Positions 61,401 to 64,000 of a DNA stretch of 64,000 nucleotides are shown here, piece after piece. Position numbers and translations under genes: made by a program. Each line of letters starts with the position of its first letter. Positions within the stretch are counted from its first letter, which is position 1. The stretch covers positions 5,332,001 to 5,396,000 of the forward strand of contig NC_086376.1 of assembly GCF_036588685.1 (NCBI RefSeq), read 5' to 3'. Source of the DNA: Mytilus trossulus. Lineage: Eukaryota. Below the pieces are notes generated by a model that saw only the letters and a list, made by a program, of their open reading frames with translations, did not search any database and was not told the DNA's origin.

Positions 61401-64000
61401 TATCCAACAAACTGAGACATCTACATACACCATCTGGTAGCTCTGTAAAGTCCTTAGATGACTTGATGATAAACTGCTTCGATAACTTACATAGTATCGC
61501 TTCTTGTGTATCATCTAGCATCAAGGTATCACCACTCATGATTGGCACTATAAATAGATCTTTAAAAAAAACGAAGTCAAACTTTCGATCCTTCAGGAAC
61601 TTCCAAACTTTTTTCAGCCATGTTTCGTTTGTTCTTATGTTGGTGGTTTTCCATACCAGTCTTTCTCGTATTGTTATTTCAATGTTTTTCTGTATGGTTG
61701 TTCCTAGTAGACCAGCTATTTCTTTGTCTGTTGACCTTGAGAACTCGTGCAACTGAAATAGACCTAAACAAAACATATTGATTATAACACTAAATATCCC
61801 AACAGATAAGAAGGAACCTGATTATAATTAGAATCCCTTCAATTTATTTAAATAAAAGTAAAATGATTTGTTGATCTTATACACAATTAACTGTTTAATA
61901 TTTTGACCAAAAAATATTTTTGTTTCGTTTCCAATGCAAGAATAACCGTAAAAATATTTAACACGTTTGTTTAATGGTTCCAATAGAACAATCGTAAGAA
62001 TCCGCAATAGCGGTGAAACAAAAAAAAAACATGGCATAACAGTTAAACAACCAGCACGGCATAACATTTTTCATCTGTGCTGATCATTTAATTCGTGATG
62101 CAATTTCAAATTGACCAATTTAAGATTTATAAAAAAAAATCAATATCTATAATTTGCATTCTTACCTTTTGTGCAAATATTTAGAAGATTTTCATATATT
62201 TCCTTTTCCAGATCTTGTTTGATGAATTTATCTTCGAGTCCAGGAAACAACTCAGTAGCATCCTGACTCACATACACTATGTCGTTGAAGTTATGGTCAA
62301 ATTTAGTAAAACATCCATTGTGAAGAGGAAGTAACGGAACACCTTGTAGAACGCCCTGGTCTTCACAGGAAAGCAAAAACTGTAAAATGTTCATTTTGTC
62401 TAATTCTGGCAACCTGTTTAGGTATGATGGGTTCATTATAGCTGCTCCGGCAACCAATCTCCCTGTTATAGTCACAATCTCTATTCCCTTTTGTTTAATG
62501 GCAGCTACAATTTTCTCCTCGCTGTGAACTATGTTTTCGTTGTTTAGCAACAGAAAATCTAGAACAGTTCTTCTTATATCTATAATAAGAAGTTGTATTA
62601 CGTTTAAAATAAGAGTTAAAGTTGTCTTTTTAATCCGTTGAGCTTTCTACATGTAGTTGAAAATTAATAGGCATTAAAACTTTCAAATTGACAGTAAACT
62701 CTTTCGCCACATATACATATTGATTTGTATTCAAAGGCTTTACTCTTTTAGATGATTCACTAAACGTCCATAAACACATTTCATGAAGTCCTGCAGTGTA
62801 GACGACAAACAATATTTGATGATAAAATGAATAAAGTGCAAAGCAAAGTTTATTCTATTGATGGTATCAGAGCCAAAATTTTCCTACATCTAACATATAT
62901 GACTAGCCTTTTTTTTGCCTATGATTTAGGAAAACTGTTACAGAGGTAAAATTCTAAATCATAGCTTTAGTAAGTCAAGATGAAGATATTAAATTAAAAC
63001 TTTAAAAGATACAAAGTTGCTGACTCCTGCTAGTTTCTGTTTGGATTCGAGTTTGCCTACCGCTTATAATGTCTGTTTTAATATGACTAAGCTTACCTGT
63101 GGAAGTGTCTGCTTCAAAATCATCGAATACAGCTTCTCCGATACAAATCCAACACCCTCCATTGTTTTCTGTGAACAAAAACTTGCTTTTAAAGAGTGAA
63201 TCAAACAATGGCTCTAAAATATTCTTCCAGTGTTCTGTGATCTCTCGATAATCGGGTATAGTTCTTGTAACTATTGCAACCGAATCTGACGTCATGGTGT
63301 GCTTGATCAACTCTACTATAACGTTGTAGTACAGTTCCGCGAGGACTTCCGTTATCAGACAGTTATTCCATCTCAATGACTTGTCCTTGTAAGTTCCTTG
63401 TCTCATCTGATCTGCAGTAGGCCATTTAACATGTCGTCTATTCTGACTAAGAGCAAAGTAACCATTCACGTGCACCGGAAGTCCTGTCAAACTATTCTCT
63501 GTTAACGGCAATGGCATTAAACAAAACACGTGACCTCTGAACTGGTCCTCTTCCATAGGAATTGCAATACTAGTATATGGACTATAAGACAATGATTCGT
63601 CTAGAGAAAGGTTTCTCAACTCTTCAGACATATTGCCACCTTGCATAGAATGAAAAATTATCCATTCGTCTGTATGGATATTGCCGTCATCAATCGTTTC
63701 AATCGTCATTCTGTAGTTTAGGCGAAATGTTTCGTTTGCTAGCTTTTTACCATAGGTTTCTAGCTGGTTCATGACATGATTTCGTCCTTCTCTCACGTTT
63801 TGAACACACGATTCCGAAATGTTAACACTGTAGACTGGAGAATTAGTGTAGTCTTGGTCTCGTCTGTAAATCTCGTCTGTAAATCCCCAAAACAGGTCGA
63901 TTCTTTCTAAACACTTAAGAAACAACAGTTCGACTGGAGCTTCAGCTTTAAATGCTTCAAATAAGTCCATCACTTTTATCTCATCATAGATGTTTTCTGA
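49173..64000 (-). CDS. Sacsin-like giant protein (SACS family: GHKL/Hsp90-like repeats, J-domain, HEPN); 5' end beyond window; one frameshift near 51250
   Basis: Exons >64000-63097, 62579-62166, 61763-50850, 49460-49173 (TGA), all GT-AG. Repeated motifs GQxExLTTR..KELIQNADDA..G(R/Q)(F/Y)G(L/V)GF..FR(F/L)PLRT..LPVH(I/F/V)NG(F/H/Y)F. J-domain KRLYMQYHPD. HEPN EARIWFKQAKGD..WVCFLCYQ|ATEKALKA. Confidence 0.92.
49587..50031. mobile_element. Fold-back MITE in the last sacsin intron
   Basis: >100-bp TIRs TAGAATCATATTCAAAACAGTGTGGTCCT.../...AGGACCACACTGTTTTGAATATGATTCTA, with further inner symmetry. Confidence 0.85.
50070..50320 (+). mobile_element. Short HINE-like element in the last sacsin intron
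   Basis: Shares TTTCAAGTTGATTGGACTTCAA..AACTTTAACCTGAAG..ATGCCC..GGGGCATAAAAA with 1-160. Confidence 0.7.
50850..61763 (-). CDS. Giant ~10.9-kb exon of the sacsin-like gene (repeats 2 and 3, J-domain, start of HEPN)
   Basis: ORF 51247..61776 (3509 aa) continues in ORF 50832..51296 after a frameshift; TAG acceptor 61766-61764, GTAAG donor 50849-50845. Confidence 0.92.
62166..62579 (-). CDS. Internal exon of the sacsin-like gene
   Basis: Covers ORF 62140..62550 (LQGVPLLPLHNGCF); phase 1/1 GT-AG junctions. Confidence 0.85.
63097..64000 (-). CDS. Partial exon of the sacsin-like gene (C-terminal part of an upstream sacsin repeat)
   Basis: LLFLKCLERI, GHVFCLMPLP, TGLPVHVNGYFALSQNRRH, WNNCL; GTAAG donor 63096-63092. 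Confidence 0.88.

Noticed and set aside
51259-61756. Plus-strand ORFs overlapping the sacsin exon (and antisense ORFs over gag/pol)
   Set aside because: Shadow frames of long coding sequence with no recognisable motifs

Overview
AT-rich, intron-containing animal genomic DNA. The dispersed-repeat families look like those of mussels (Mytilus), which is an inference from recalled repeat sequences. There are two host genes, both on the minus strand and both running off the window. (1) A gene at 16298->462 with 13 coding exons in the window, reconstructed in frame through GT-AG junctions. It encodes an apparently intracellular protein: low-complexity/coiled-coil N-terminus, a VWA domain with intact MIDAS, then a MIB/HERC2 domain. 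(2) A giant sacsin-like gene (>64000->49173) with repeated GHKL/Hsp90-like ATPase units, a J-domain and HEPN, an ~11-kb exon, and one frameshift immediately after the J-domain HPD motif. Between them is a TE-dense spacer. Its centrepiece is a very young Ty3/Gypsy LTR retrotransposon (30297-39384) with intact gag/pol, a tRNA-Lys PBS and a UUUAAAC-plus-pseudoknot -1 frameshift signal. Oddly, it has no TSD, no PPT and a 5-nt-clipped 3' LTR, and it sits inside the endonuclease domain of an old LINE. The window also holds LINE fragments, a tRNA-derived SINE, a hAT transposase relic, Helentron-like non-autonomous elements, MITEs and minisatellites. Two 'short inverted repeat + long terminal palindrome' elements are present, one carrying a captured LINE fragment.
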